Source: Mobula hypostoma (lineage: Eukaryota). From it: DNA of 64,000 bases. The translations under genes were made by a program, and so were the position numbers. Under the pieces are notes generated by a model. It did no database searches and was not told the origin of the DNA. It saw nothing but the letters and a program-made list of their open reading frames with translations. The DNA lies in assembly GCF_963921235.1 (NCBI RefSeq), contig NC_086109.1, positions 23,934,001 through 23,998,000 of the forward strand, given 5' to 3'. Shown here piece after piece: positions 13,168 through 26,500 of this stretch; within the stretch, counting starts at the first letter, position 1, and the number at the start of each line of letters is the position of its first letter.

Positions 13168-13615
13168 GAACACCAGAGATTCTGCAGATGCTGGAGATCT
13201 TGAGCAACACACACAAAATGCTGTAGGAACTTAACAAGTCAGGTAGCATTTATGGAGGAGAATAACTTATTGATGTGCTGGGCCAAGACACTTTTATCAG
13301 AACTGGAATGGAAGGGGGCAGAAGCCAGAATAAGAAGGTGGGGGTGGGAGGAGTACAAGTTGGAAGGTGATAGGTGAGACCAGTTAAGGGGGGCAGGTGG
13401 GTGGGAGAAATGGAGGATGAAGTAAGAAGCTGAGAGGAGATGGGTGGAAGAGGGAAAGGGCTGAAGGCAAAACAATTTAACAGGAGAGGATAGTGGAAAA
13501 AGGAAGAAAGAGAATGAGGAGGGGCACCAGAGACAGGAATGGGCAGGTGAAAAGGAGGAGAAGGGAGAGAGGGTAAGCAGAATAGGAAATGGGAAATGGC
13601 AAAAAAGAGGAGGAG
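13168..13615 (-). mobile_element. Penelope-like element 3' UTR fragment
   Basis: Pyrimidine-rich UTR (minus strand), degenerate hammerhead at 13268-13305, and the terminal gatgct.cctgac.tgctgagttcctccagcattttgtgtgt motif. Confidence 0.75.
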
Positions 13616-14954
13616 AAAGATATTTCCCTCCATATTTGCCTGTCTTGCAGAGTTCCTCCAGAACATGGTTTGTGAATGGCATTTCCTGATTAGTTACCCA
13701 CTGACTCCCCCTACAGGAGCATCCATGTCAGGCAGCAGAATCTTGTCCAACATGCCTAACCAAAATTCACCTGCTGTTTGTTCAAAGGATCACTTATGGA
13801 TGTGCAATCTAACACCTGTAGCAGATTATATTTCCAAACAGGGCAATTAGAAGAGGGAGGGGAGAGAAGACTTTTAAATTTGTCACTTGTCTGCCAATTG
13901 AGTTTGTGAATCATAATTACTGTCAGAAAAAAATTGAATCAATCTCCAAGTAACAAAATTGCTTGAAGTTGCTAAGATGTTTTTCAAACACCAGGAAATT
14001 AAACTGCACCAGCATCTGGTATTTGGTTCAGTCAGCGGGGATTGTTAATAGTAAAACACTGTTTATTACTCCCCATCTCACTGTATAGTTGACATAAAAG
14101 AAAAGTTCTTTAAAAATATCATTCTTGCTTGATGTATATAGAGTGCAATAAATTCCTCACATAAAGTATTGCCAAAGTAATCAAAAAAGAAGCTGACTTT
14201 GAATTATTGTAAGGAGAGTTGGATGAGGAGCAATCTTTATTTTAAAATGGATGTATTTTAACACTGGTGGCTCACATTAGCAAAAGATTAAAACCTCCTT
14301 TGCTTGCCAAACTTAATCTGAGCCAGGTTATTGAAACCCATTGAGCATATTGACCTTCTCTGTCTAGTGAAATTGGACCCGACAATGAGGTAGGCAGTCT
14401 TCAGCTCATGATCAAAAACTACAAGACTTGAGAAAATTAGCTTCAGCCTGAGAATAATTGCCACAAGCACTACTTTAAGTGGTCTTTCATCGAACTAGAT
14501 GACACCCCCGCCACCTCTGCTTAGGTTTACCAGCACCCAGTGACAACAGCAATTTTAATCATAGCTGTGTGTGGAAATGATTCCTTTGAAGGACGCTGAA
14601 GGAAGGATCTTTCAAAAGTGTTTTGATAGATGTCTTTAAAAAACATGAAGTGGTTTGGTAGGGTTGACTTAGAGATGTTCACAGTCATAGGCAAGGCCAC
14701 ATACATCTGTGATCATAAAAATGATCACAGAATAGAGAATAGAAATGAGCAATTCCAGTCAGAAATTCAATACCTTTAGGCTTATGAGCGTGGTTAAACC
14801 ATAAGACATTGGAGCAGAATTTGGCCATTCAACCCATAAATTCAGCTCCATTTGTTCATAGCTGATTTATTTACCCTCTCAACCCCATTTTCTTGCCATC
14901 CCTCCATAATGTTTGACACCCTTACTAAGGAAGAATCTACCAACCTGCACTTTA

Positions 14955-15870
14955 GATGTAGAATGGTGGGTTAGTACATTTGCAAATGACACTAAGATTG
15001 GTGGAGTTGTGGATAGTGTAGAAGCCTGGCAAACATGATACATTGTAGATCAGTTGCAGATATGGGCAAAGAAATGGCAGATGGAGTTTAACCCAGATAA
15101 ATGTGAGGTGTTGCACCTTGGTAGGGCAAATGCAAGGAGACAGTACACTGTTAAGTGCAAGATTCTTAAGAGTGTTGCTGATCAGAGTGATCTTACGATC
15201 CAAGGTCATAGCTCCTTGGAAGTGGCTACACAGGTTAAAAAACTTATGGATACTTGCTTTTATTAGTCAAGGCATTGAGTTCAAAAGTCAAGAGGTTATG
15301 TTGCAACTTCATAAAATTCTGGTTAGGACACATCTGGAGCATTGTATACAATTTTGGTCACCCCACTATAGGCAGGATGTTGAGCCTTTGGAAAAGATGT
15401 AGAAGTGGTCTACCAGGATGCTGCCTGATTTAGAGGGCATGTGCTATTACAAGAGGCTGGATAAACTTGGGTTGTTTTCTCTGTAGTGCCAGAGGCTGAG
15501 GGAAGATCTGGTAGATGTTTATAAGATTATGAGAGACATAGATAGAGTGGACAGACAGTATCTGTTTCCCAGAGCATGCATTGAAGGTGCAAGACGGTAG
15601 GTTCAAGGGGGATGTGAGGGATAAAGTTTTTTAACTCAGAGAGTCATGAATGCCTGGAATGCATTGCCTGGTGTGGTGGTAGAGGCAAATACATTAGAGG
15701 TTTTGAAGAGACATTTAATTAGGAACATGGATGTGAGGAAGATGGAGGGATACGGACATAGTGTAGGTAGGAGGGATTAGTATTTGGATGTTTTTGATTT
15801 GTTTTTTGCCTGGTTTGGCACAACATTGTGGGCTGAATGGCCTCTTCTGTGCTGTACTGTTCTATGTGAA
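14955..15870 (+). mobile_element. CR1 LINE fragment, decayed
   Basis: FANDTKIGGVVDS, WAKKWQMEFNPDKCEVLHLG, LVRTHLEHCIQFWSPHY, and a 3' tail. It splits a minus-strand CR1 3' end (about 14800-14952 and 15870-15940). Confidence 0.9.
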
Positions 15871-18595
15871 TATACCGAATGACTTGGCTTCCACAGCTGT
15901 CTGTGGCAATGAATTCCACAGATTCACCAGTATCTGTCTAAAAGTTGGGCACAATGAATGTAAAGGGAAGCTAAATAATTATTCAATGGCTAAAAGCATG
16001 TATATGGCCATGGAGTGAGGTAAAGTGAGCAAAGGGAGAGACTTGTGTCGCGTATAAGTACCAATATTGCATAGTGGTGTCAAATAACTATTTCAATGCC
16101 CTAAATTCCATTCAGTTCCTTAAGGACCGAAGAGTTATTTGAAGGCTGTCTGCTTAGATTTTCCAGTGATTGATTCATTGTCCAGCAAGACCTAACGGGT
16201 GTCCTTGGAAGCGGAACAAGTCTCAAAGAATGTAGACAATGATACTTTCTCCTCTGGAAGTAAACAGCTTCTGGAGTTCTTCCTCCTTCGGGATTTGGGG
16301 ATTCTGGCAATAAAGCATTAGGGTTGTATATATTTTAAATTAAAAGTGACAAGAAATGAAAAGGAGAAAATAATAAATTATAGATGGCCAGTGAATATTG
16401 TTGCCGGCTTAAAGGAATAACGAATGTGAGAGAAAATTTGGGATAATTCCAAATAGGGCAATATTTAGTTTTAAACACCAGAGCTTAGAAAATCTCAAGT
16501 GCATCGGATGGATATTCTAGTCATCTCCAATCCCTGGCAGTAAGAAGGATGACCCATCTTTTGAGTTTCTTCTCAGCTGGCATGACAGGGCATGCAAGTG
16601 AGAACAAAAAAATCTCTTTCAGCTCGATGTCCTGTTGATGTTAAAAGTCCTTGACTGCCATAATCCTGTTGATTTAGGTGTTGTTCAAAAGGAATGAAGT
16701 GGGCATTTTCATTATCGTAACAGTGGTATCAAAGAAAGAAGAGCCAATTTCCTCATTATTTCCAGGGGTTAACACCAATTTACATGCATTGGGATAACGT
16801 AGTAAATGTACTGTCTTATGTGACTATCCGTTTTTATTCAGCGTCCTCTTCCAGGGACCCTGATGCCACTTTCAAACCTGTTAATCATGTTTTATTCTGT
16901 TTTGTTTAACGACTGGTGGGGGTAGTTAAGGAATATGAGGGGAGGGTGAATTGCCTGTATTTAAGTTATGGTTGCTGTGGTAAATGCAATGGATGAAAGA
17001 AGATGGGTTGGTTCTGAGCTAGAGAGGCACAGCAACACTGGGAAAAGTCAGAAAGTTAAGTTTCAAGGATAAAGTGCGAAGTTGGGCAGGTGTGGGTTGA
17101 GTTCAATGGGAGGAGGCCAACTAGTGTCAGAACCGTGGCAACATTTATGGACTGCCCAGCACAACCCTCACTGATTTGATTTAAACAAACAGCACATTTC
17201 GCTAGCTGTTGTGATAGATAAAGCTAATTTTTAGATTGTTACTTAAAGAAGCCGTATACATGTGTACGGTTGGACGACAATTAAATTTGAAATTGGGCTT
17301 TGGCTTTGAGAAATAAAGGTAAGAAAGGTTCTGCTTGGGAGATTTGGGGAGAAGGTAGAGACAGCGGATGGTGAGGTTATGGACAGAGGATGGGGTGAAT
17401 GAGATTCAGGGTTAAAATAAAACAATATGGTGTGAAAATGGTTGTGTCTGACTGGTAGGAGCTCAGTTTGCAGTCATGAGGGAGCACTGTACACGCATAG
17501 ACAGATACATAAATATATACAGTATAGACACACGTACACTGCTCCCTATGCAAAATATATGCACACATACATATCTGTACACGAAGCATAAATATGGTTA
17601 GAGAGAAATAGTCGTGAATGATGGATTAGATAATCTTAAAACCCCAACCCCATCCCCACAGAAAAACACATTTTGAACAGTGTGATAAGTCTTTTTATTG
17701 CATTTTATAATGCCATTATCAATAATTAGTACTGAATACATGCAACTAAAACTACTGTACATTTGTTTAATGTCTGCTGTACAGACAGGGAATATCGGGT
17801 TACAAATATGCTGGGGGTGTTTTTACAGCATGAAGGATGGGCAGTGACTGATCTTAGGGACGCTCGCAAACCCTGCAGGTCACAGACAACAATGCAATTT
17901 TACAAATACCATTGCGAGCAAGATTTAGGGGAAAACGTGAGAGGGAGGGAGAGGGAATGAACCAACTACCTTCAGGTAAATGGATGGCTGTCAAGAACTG
18001 AAATGTTTTCACTCTGCCTGACCCTACAGTGCAGCCAGACAAAATTATGGAAAAATAAATATACATACTGAAACCGATTTAAATCGGTCTGTTGGTCTCT
18101 TGTCCCAGTTTATTACGGCCGCTATGAGCTGTAATTCTGGTTCACCTTTATGACTTGGGAACTTGGCTAGATTCTTGAAGCTGGACATCAAGCAACATCT
18201 TCTTTTTAACAAGAAAATCTACATAATGCATTTAACAATTACACCTTGAACCAGGTTTGACCTGGAGCGCACAGGAACATAAGGTTTAAAATCTTTAAAC
18301 ATTTCCACAAGGGTTGGCGCCCATTGTCTGAAAGTTATTTATTTACATTTCTTGTAAGCAAAGGTTCTGACGAGTAGTTAAATATTCGTGTCTCTTCAGT
18401 CTTCGCACTCCGATGGCGTCTGCACTGTATATCTTTATTGTTGGTTCAATAATGTCTTTTTGACCGCTTAAACAAGATTTTGTTAAATAGGATTTTATTT
18501 TGTTTCGTTCAGTCCACTCAATATTTTAATCATCAGCCCTCCCTTCGCGCTTCAAACACCCTTGTGAAAACATTTAAAAAAAACAATGATCTCAC

Positions 18596-20520
18596 CTCCC
18601 CAGTTACATCATTCAATTCCCAGTACCAAGACCAATAAAAGAGCTCATAACTCAGGACACATCTCTCTCTCTTGGTAACTTGTCCAACGAGTGTGTGACA
18701 AGAATCCCAAATCTAAATCCAGAAAGCGTGCAACTTTTGGAGAAGTAAAAATTACATTTGGCAGACCTGCGCATTTGATCGTAAACTTGTGGGATGACGG
18801 TTTCTTGAAGTCGGTGCATGGGCTCGTATCAAGCCCTTGTCCCCATATTAGTGAGCGGACGATCAAAGGCGTTAGCGCCGCAGTGTGGATTGCGTTTTCT
18901 CCAATGGATTGTGCCTGTCCCTCCGTGCATGGCATCAGCTGGGCACCGTGGAACAACGCGGGCTCAGCCGAAGGAGAAAATATTTACTCAAACTGAGGAT
19001 TTCTCCTTTAAAACATTGTTTTGGTTTGGAAATGTAACAAAGAATACAATAAACACAACAAACTATTGGATTTTAACTCTCCAACCACCCCCCCCAGCCC
19101 CACAACAGCGACGGCCAAATATTTTGCTGGGTCACCAAGGAGGTGGGGGTCAACGCTAACAAGTTGCTCCCCTCCCTGACTCCCCAAGGAGGCAGCGCTC
19201 CAACGCAAGCATAGTGCTGGTTGCTATCGTTGCTCCCCCCCCCCCGTAAGAATTCATCCCTTCATGTATCAAATTGCACGGACCTTGGACAGCGGAGAAT
19301 TCTGCAAAAGTCAAATCAGAATTGGGAAAGAATTCTCCCTCAGAAAGCAGAGGTCCAGGCACTGGAGGTGTGGATTGCGAAGGTAGAGAAAAGAATTATT
19401 TTGGTCCCCTTGAAGAGTCAACATGACGAACTTCGTTAAAAGCACGCTTTGAATTCATCTCCTGCCAGGTAGAATAAGTGGACGCTAGCAAACCTAGCCC
19501 CTTTTAGTGATCTAATTTCACTTCCCATAGTAACGAGAACAATTATCCCTCGGAGAATGCACAACAGGGTGAATTCTGAACGCCCACTCTAGCATTGACA
19601 GCCGTCAGATTCCGTCTAACCGCGCACTTTTTCAGCGCTTCACGCCTGTCCCCTATCTTTCCAACCCTGGACCGTCAGTCCGAGACCATACTAAATCCAC
19701 CAGCAATTCTTAGGCCACTTAGGGGCGAGCAGGAGAAAAATAATTTAGCCTCCGCTGAGTACATTCGCTAACTCTGATCACTGGCACGAGGCGCGTCTTT
19801 TTATAGAGATTTCATTTCAAACACCATGACAAAATAATACAGATGTTCAATTCACGAATGCTTGATCTTGATGTTTTTAAACACTGATGTGGCAAATTGT
19901 GATAACAAAACTTTTAATTAAAGATGTACACAAGTTTGTTTTTCCTTTGGAAACATTTCTTTTGCTTAGACGAATGATCAAAGAGATAAACACAGATTAT
20001 GTGAATTTGAATCTAATCTTTCAATGAGCGCGGAGTGAAATTCCCTATTATTTAATTTTTGGTCCTATTTATCATGTAAAAATGTTTCTCCTCGAGGTAA
20101 AACACACGGTGAATACAGGAATAAATCGAGAAAAAATAATTAAAAAATCTTCGCATCAGAGAGAATTAACACAATACGCTGATTAGGGAAGTATCAAAAT
20201 TATTCTAAGATAAATATACAAACATTACCTAAACCACTTATTTTTAAACCTACGTGTTTCCCCCGCCCCCCGAAAGTTGATACATCGTCTCAAATGCCAT
20301 ATGGAATAACAAGGCAATCAAAATAATAGGTTAATCTAACCCGCTACATAACCTGCGGCAAGCTATGTCAGAAAAGGAAGCGCATCCACAGCAGAATAAG
20401 CAAGTCTAAAATCAAAACCAGAGCTCGAAGCCGTACGATATCTAAACAAGTAGAGGTGCAAGCAACTTACAGAATATACACCAATACATAAAATATCGCA
20501 AAAAAAAACGAGTTTCTGCC
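18596..20520 (-). promoter_or_regulatory. CpG-enriched promoter / 5' non-coding exon region of a downstream gene
   Basis: CpG is visibly more frequent than in the flanks and the region is free of TEs. Minus-strand TATAAAAA at 19805-19798; donor-like GAG|gtgag at 18596/18595. Confidence 0.55.
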
Positions 20521-23500
20521 CCTCTTTAATGTCCGTTCTGACTAGGTAACTAATATTAATATTATGCACTTTTAAAACATTTTTTTGCGTTTTTACAAAT
20601 GTGTCTTAAAGTTTTATTTATTTATTGAAAATTCAGTCCTTGAGGTCTCCACGTTCTTCCTTTGTAATGTGGAAGAAAATAAAATTAACAGTTTTTTTCT
20701 TAACCCCACTCCCCCCCCCCGCAACTTCCCACCCCATCCACCCCACCTTGAAAATTCCAATGCTCAATTTGCAGGTTTGTCAACCGACAGCTTCAAGCAT
20801 TTATTAATTCAGGCTTGTTTCTATCCAGTCCCATCCCCCAGCTCCCCACCTCTGCTTTAATTGTGGGGATTTGCCATTTCCACAGAAAACAAAGCTCCCA
20901 TTCTATCTGAACATCTGGCAGAGGAGTGCGCTGGGGACTGCTGGAGGGGACAGAGCCTGTGGCTCTCACTGTGTTACTGCTTGCCCATACACTTGTGCTG
21001 TCAGGCAAGATATCTTCATCAAACAGAGGTAGGTGCACGATCCCACAACTACTCACACAACACCCACCTCCACCTTTCAAGCAATGGGATGCTGAGAATG
21101 GGGTCTGGCTTAGAGTTTTCTCTGTTATTTCATTCTGAGTTGCCAAAATTTGTGGCAAAAATTATTTTAAAAATACCGATTACAGTATTGAAAGAATGAA
21201 AATAATGGAGTTCTAGAATTAGACTTAGTGCAGCATTATATACAGAATAGTTATCCCACCACAATGTCTCATCAAACATTCCTAGGGTAGATATAACTTG
21301 GGTTAGATACTGTGTAAATCTCCCACAACATTGTATCTCCATATATTTCTACAGTGCAAAGTTGATCTATTACTGTGCTCTACCATGAAGTGCTCCTCAG
21401 ACAGGTCAGACACAGTGCAAGTTTCCCAATGCAATGTACATTCCTAGGGTGTATACAGCACAGGTAGATAAGGAGTACAGCTAACTACTCGAGAACAAAG
21501 CCTCACCAATGAATTGATGCAATTCCCCACAGGATCTTCTTCTGGGATCTGCTTGAGACTCCTGACTTAGTGCTAATTCCTATGCATTGTGTGCACTTGT
21601 TTTGCAACCTGGCAGATAGTTTTGGGCCTGCATTAATAAATGCTTGAAGCTAAAGGAAGAAGATAGAAGAAAAACTGTTGGAATAATCAAGCCAGATCCT
21701 GCAGTGAGTAAGGTTCTCATTTCAGTTCAGAAGCACTTCCAGCAGAGAGCTGGTTTGCTGCTTAAACATAGTTGTGTGAATTGAATGCAATTAAACTCAC
21801 AACTTGCATGGATTCTGCTCCAAAAGTACGAGTGACACGAGGCCTGCTACTGTAGGAAGTCAAAATTAATTTAAATAAGCACAAAGTACACACAGAAACA
21901 CTTAACACAAAGTGAACTACTTTTTCCCCCAAGTTACATTAGTATCAGCAAGTGCGTCCTGCCCTTTAGTAAAAGTCTTTACTATAAAAAAATGTTTGAA
22001 TTTGCTGAGGTACATGTTAGGAGTAATACAATAGACCTTTTGGTCTATTATCCACAGCAAGGGATATATTATTATCATAAATGTGGAAACAAGAAGTGGG
22101 ACATCACATATCAGATGCATCTTCTGTGTGCTGAAGTCCATGGGAGGTGCAACAGCCCAACAGTGAAGATTCTCTCTCAAAAAAAACACTGAACCAGCTT
22201 CTCTTTTAAAAAACTGACTTGGGCTCATGTATTTACACAACAGGGCATGTCTTTTACTTACATAGGTGCACTGGTTGTTAATCCTTTCCATAAATACAAT
22301 CACCCTGAGATCTCACCTCATCTCCCTCCTCCATACCCAAAGTCAAACATTGCTGCTAAATCAAGATTGAAATTCAAATCAGTATCTAATAATTAGTTGA
22401 ATTCAAAATTCCTCATCAATCCCAAGAGGAACATTAGAATGAGGAAAGTGGCAGATTAATCATTTTGAAATGAACTAAGATAATAAGGTGATAGAATGGC
22501 AAGCAGCAAGGCTTCAGACACCCATGAGTTCACTTAACAGTAGGAGACTGGTGAAGACTCTTGCTGAGCCCCAGTTAAATAAAACCCTGTGCTAAACCAT
22601 TCTACTTCCATTCTCTTTTTTTGGAAATTCACATGTTAAAGCTAATACTCTTGACCATTTATGATCAAAAAAATCTTTAGTAACACACGGAGCATCGTGA
22701 TGCTGCAGAGAATTCCTGATCCTTGAGGATTCCTTGTATTTGGTGCTTTCAAAACATTCGTTTGCTTCTAAATAAATTCTGTCGGTTCTTTGGATTTTTG
22801 GTCTTAATTCCTAAGTATTTGTGAGATCCAGGTTATTATTATAAGAAATATTTAAATAAAAGTCTTTTTTCATACTAAATCTTATTCCTAACTGCAGCGA
22901 AAGTGGATGTCCTGATTTCTAGCCACAGATTGCAAGGAGGTAGTAGTATACAGATTTGCAGTGTTTCTTTCAGAGTATAGTCAAGGTGATCTGGATGGGG
23001 CTACACCTAGTCTGATGGTCAAGCATTGGGTGTGTGGAATGCCCCTGCCAGGGTGGTGGTAGATGCCATTAGGAACACTTAAGAAACTCTTAGATAGGCA
23101 AGCGGTGCTGGAAAAATGGAGGCCTATGTAGGAGGCAAGGGGTAGATTGATCTCAAGTAGGTTGAAAGGTTAGCACAACATCTCAGCCTGAACTGTGCTG
23201 TAATAGACAACCAAGAAAGTAATGGTGGAAGTACGTTCAAAGTTTTACAGTGTTTTGGAAGAGAACGCAGCAGTCAGTGAATCAGTGCCATGATTGGACT
23301 AGGTCAAGGGAGAAGCAAAGAAATGTTTTCTTTACGGAAAGAACTTGCTAAAGAACAGGGAGTGACTCACAACCAAGAGCTTTTGATGCAGACACTGAAA
23401 CATTTAAATAAGTACAGAATTTTTAAAGGAAGTAAGTTAGAAATAGAAGAGAAGAAAGTTAGAAATAGAATTCAGGTAGGCTGATCCAGTTGAGGAGTCA

Positions 23501-26500
23501 GCATGAATATGGTAACCGAATGGCCCACTTCCAGGGATATATACTTAGTTGGTTTCCATTACGTTAGAATGACAACAACAAAGAGCCTTGTCCAATGAAG
23601 ACTCAATACAATAGATTTTTAACCTCCCAGTTTGCTTTACAAATAGGCTGGCTGTTAATGGATTGAAATGCAAACTGGGCAGTAAGTGATGGATTGGCAA
23701 AGTCAGTCATATGAATGATGGCACACTCATCATGATCTACCTACTCATCCACACATTGGACCAACTCCTGTCCCATTTGTGGAAGAGTCTGCAGTTTCCA
23801 TGTTGGTCACATTAGTCATATCACATTATCGATTCCAGGTAAGATAGGGGCAATTTGAAAACTTATTCTCACATAGAAGTTATTTATTTTGTGATTTGGT
23901 CATTCAACGTCAATGAAACTACCTTTGATCGATTATTGAAATCATCAGTTACCTACTTGTGGACTGACTCCTCCACTTTTCCAGTTTGGCAATGTTTAAA
24001 AAGGTAAGCAGACCAATAGTTTCAAGAACTAACCAACAGGTTAATTTTGTTCCCAAGGTAATAAAAGCCTCATAAAAATTACAATGAAAAATTGCGTACT
24101 GTGAATAATGAAAACTTTGCCACTCTTCAGTTTATATTCAACAGTCCCAGTCATGCAGATAAATAAAAATAAACTTTAGTGATACACTGAAAGAAACACA
24201 TATGTTAGGGGGATAAGAACTAGGAAAAATTGTTCTTCCTGTGGAAAATTGTGCCATTATTACTTTGGTCCAATATATTAATTTCTAGTGAATCTTGCCC
24301 TTATCTAGTTATCAAAATACCTTGATAGACCAGCAGGTCATTCAGTTGTGACGCAAATTACAACCTTTTATGGTGAAGTTTGTTTCCAATTGTTTTTAAA
24401 TAAAAAGGGCTGTGGCTGAGGTTATTTGGCAGTATTTTTAAAAACTCATTTTTCCTCCAGTGGTTTTGAATCCAAGCTCTGTCAAACATTTAGTGATTGT
24501 TAATCTTGAAAGTGGCTATTTTTTAAAAATGGAAAGGGGGTGAAATTTCCTTTGGCAAAATTAAGTAGTCATCATAAATAAATTGGCAGCTTCATGTATA
24601 TGATGTCTATTGAAGTCAATGGCTGAGAATAAGCTGTGGTATAAAACTAACTGTAGATTCACTATTGCCCACTTGTGTGTATATCAAAAGTCTACTTCAT
24701 TTTTACCCCTGATATCCTGACGTGCCTCTAACAAGAAACAAAGAGAATAAATCAGAGCAAACATTTGCTGGCTAACCAATTGCCAAATGGATAGACAATC
24801 TTACTGAGTGTAGTAGAATTGGAGACGTTCTCCTAAAATATACTTAATGGACAATGATCTTGGAGGTGACTAAGTGCTTTACAGACAGGAGGGTTGTTGC
24901 ATTAGCCATTAATCTTATTAAGCATTGAAATATTTGGAGAAAATTATCCTTTTCCGTCTTTCCATGCACATAATATTCCCATCTTCGGAAATCTGTGCTG
25001 GCTGAAACTACTACCTTCTCTTAACATGCTCCCTCTGTATTAACACATTTTTAAGTTCAAATTTCCTTCAAAATAAGGCAATTAGAAATAAAATGCAAAC
25101 AAATTAGTCAAAGGCAAATAAAGAAATATTTTAACTATGGCTCAGTCCAGAACAGAAATACAGTTTTTGAATACCTTATAAATGAGTCCAACTTAGAGAT
25201 TATTTTGGACCAAGTTTCAAAACGTTGCTAGTTTTGAAATAAGATGAAGAAAGACGTCAATTTTTACTTCAGTCGAAGTTAGTGTTCTTCTCACAGATCG
25301 GCATTGGCATTACAGATCAGTATTACATGAGAGGTGGAGTGTGGAAATTTTCAGCTCATGCTGTTACTATTAAGGTTTATATTCACCCTGTCTTTCTTCT
25401 TATATTTTTGAGGTTGCACTTTAAACGGAGATGTGGCATTAGCCACAGTTTGATTTTTCCTGAGGCATCTATCTGCTAACAATTCTTTGGTGAACACCAT
25501 GTTCACGAGGGAACCTTATAAAATTTTAAATAATTTGTTATCTTTGGTGAATTAGAAAGTAAAAATGCAAAATGAGGAATTATTAGAATTTACGATTTCA
25601 GAATTTTTAAACTTTGAATTAGAGCTGGAGATCAGGTGTAAGTTTAATCCACCCTTTATAGCCATAAACTGATTAAATTGCCTGCCTACCCCTCTCCGAT
25701 TTTACTTAGCACAAATTCCAATCAGGCTCAAGATCAGGCAGGTATAATAGAGATGGTGGCCTGACCCTTCACCTGCATGCCAGATGGGAAAGGAGGGAAA
25801 TCCATGGGGAAGAAATTTGCTTTTGCCGGTGGTACAAAACATGTGGTATTGATTTAGATGCTTGTTATATATGCCACCTTAGATTTAATCCATTAGGTGG
25901 AATTCTGCAAATACTGGCATGGACTCGTAGGGGTGAGTGCCTCATTTCTATACCACAACTGCGTTGTAAATTATTATTAAGCACCAGATAGATGATGATG
26001 CCTCTTGTACCACTGGTGAGGGATTAACTTTGAGGCCTGATTATTGATGAGAATCTGGGTGTGAGTTTAACCCAAGCTTTTCTCTCAGATGCTGATTGCT
26101 TTGGATGACAGTGCTAAACTAAAATCGGCCCCCATGCCTCCTTGATAATGATTTCACTTCCAACCTATGGAATGGCATCTTTATTTTAAGAGAACAATTC
26201 CTTAGAAAGTTCAAGAAGTTCATGAGGCTGAGTGATTACACCTGCTCCTATGTTGCAATGTTAGAGAACATTCATTAAGATGTAGAAGGTCAAACACTGC
26301 AAAAGACTGGATCAAGGGTAGGCCATGTGGCCCACCCTGCCATTCAACATGATCACTGCTGATCTGCTCCAGGCCCAAACTCATGTCCTGAGTCGAAACC
26401 CAAATTCTCTGATTTTTTTGAAATTTACCTGTCTTCTCTTCAAATACCTCCAGTAATTTAGCATCTACAAAGCTCCAAAATAGAGAGTTGCACAGATTCA

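Noticed and set aside
13239..13682. Long Pro/Ser/Phe-rich ORFs (also 46033-46465 and 12432-12794)
   Set aside because: Translations of the pyrimidine-rich Penelope 3' UTR, not genes.
16101..16310. Acceptor-like site followed by a 69-aa ORF
   Set aside because: No convincing donor and no similarity to a protein I recognise, including MDFI.
19277..19297. REST/RE1-like motif (ggaccttggacagcg)
   Set aside because: The right half matches but the left half (TCAGCACC) is poor; not supportable.
18645..19439. Several overlapping 65-113 aa ORFs in the CpG-rich region
   Set aside because: No recognisable domain. ORFs on both strands are expected in GC-richer promoter or UTR DNA.
21240..21480. Degenerate tandem-like repeat (also 47580-47840 and 12830-12980)
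   Set aside because: Too decayed to define a unit; ordinary old satellite-like DNA.
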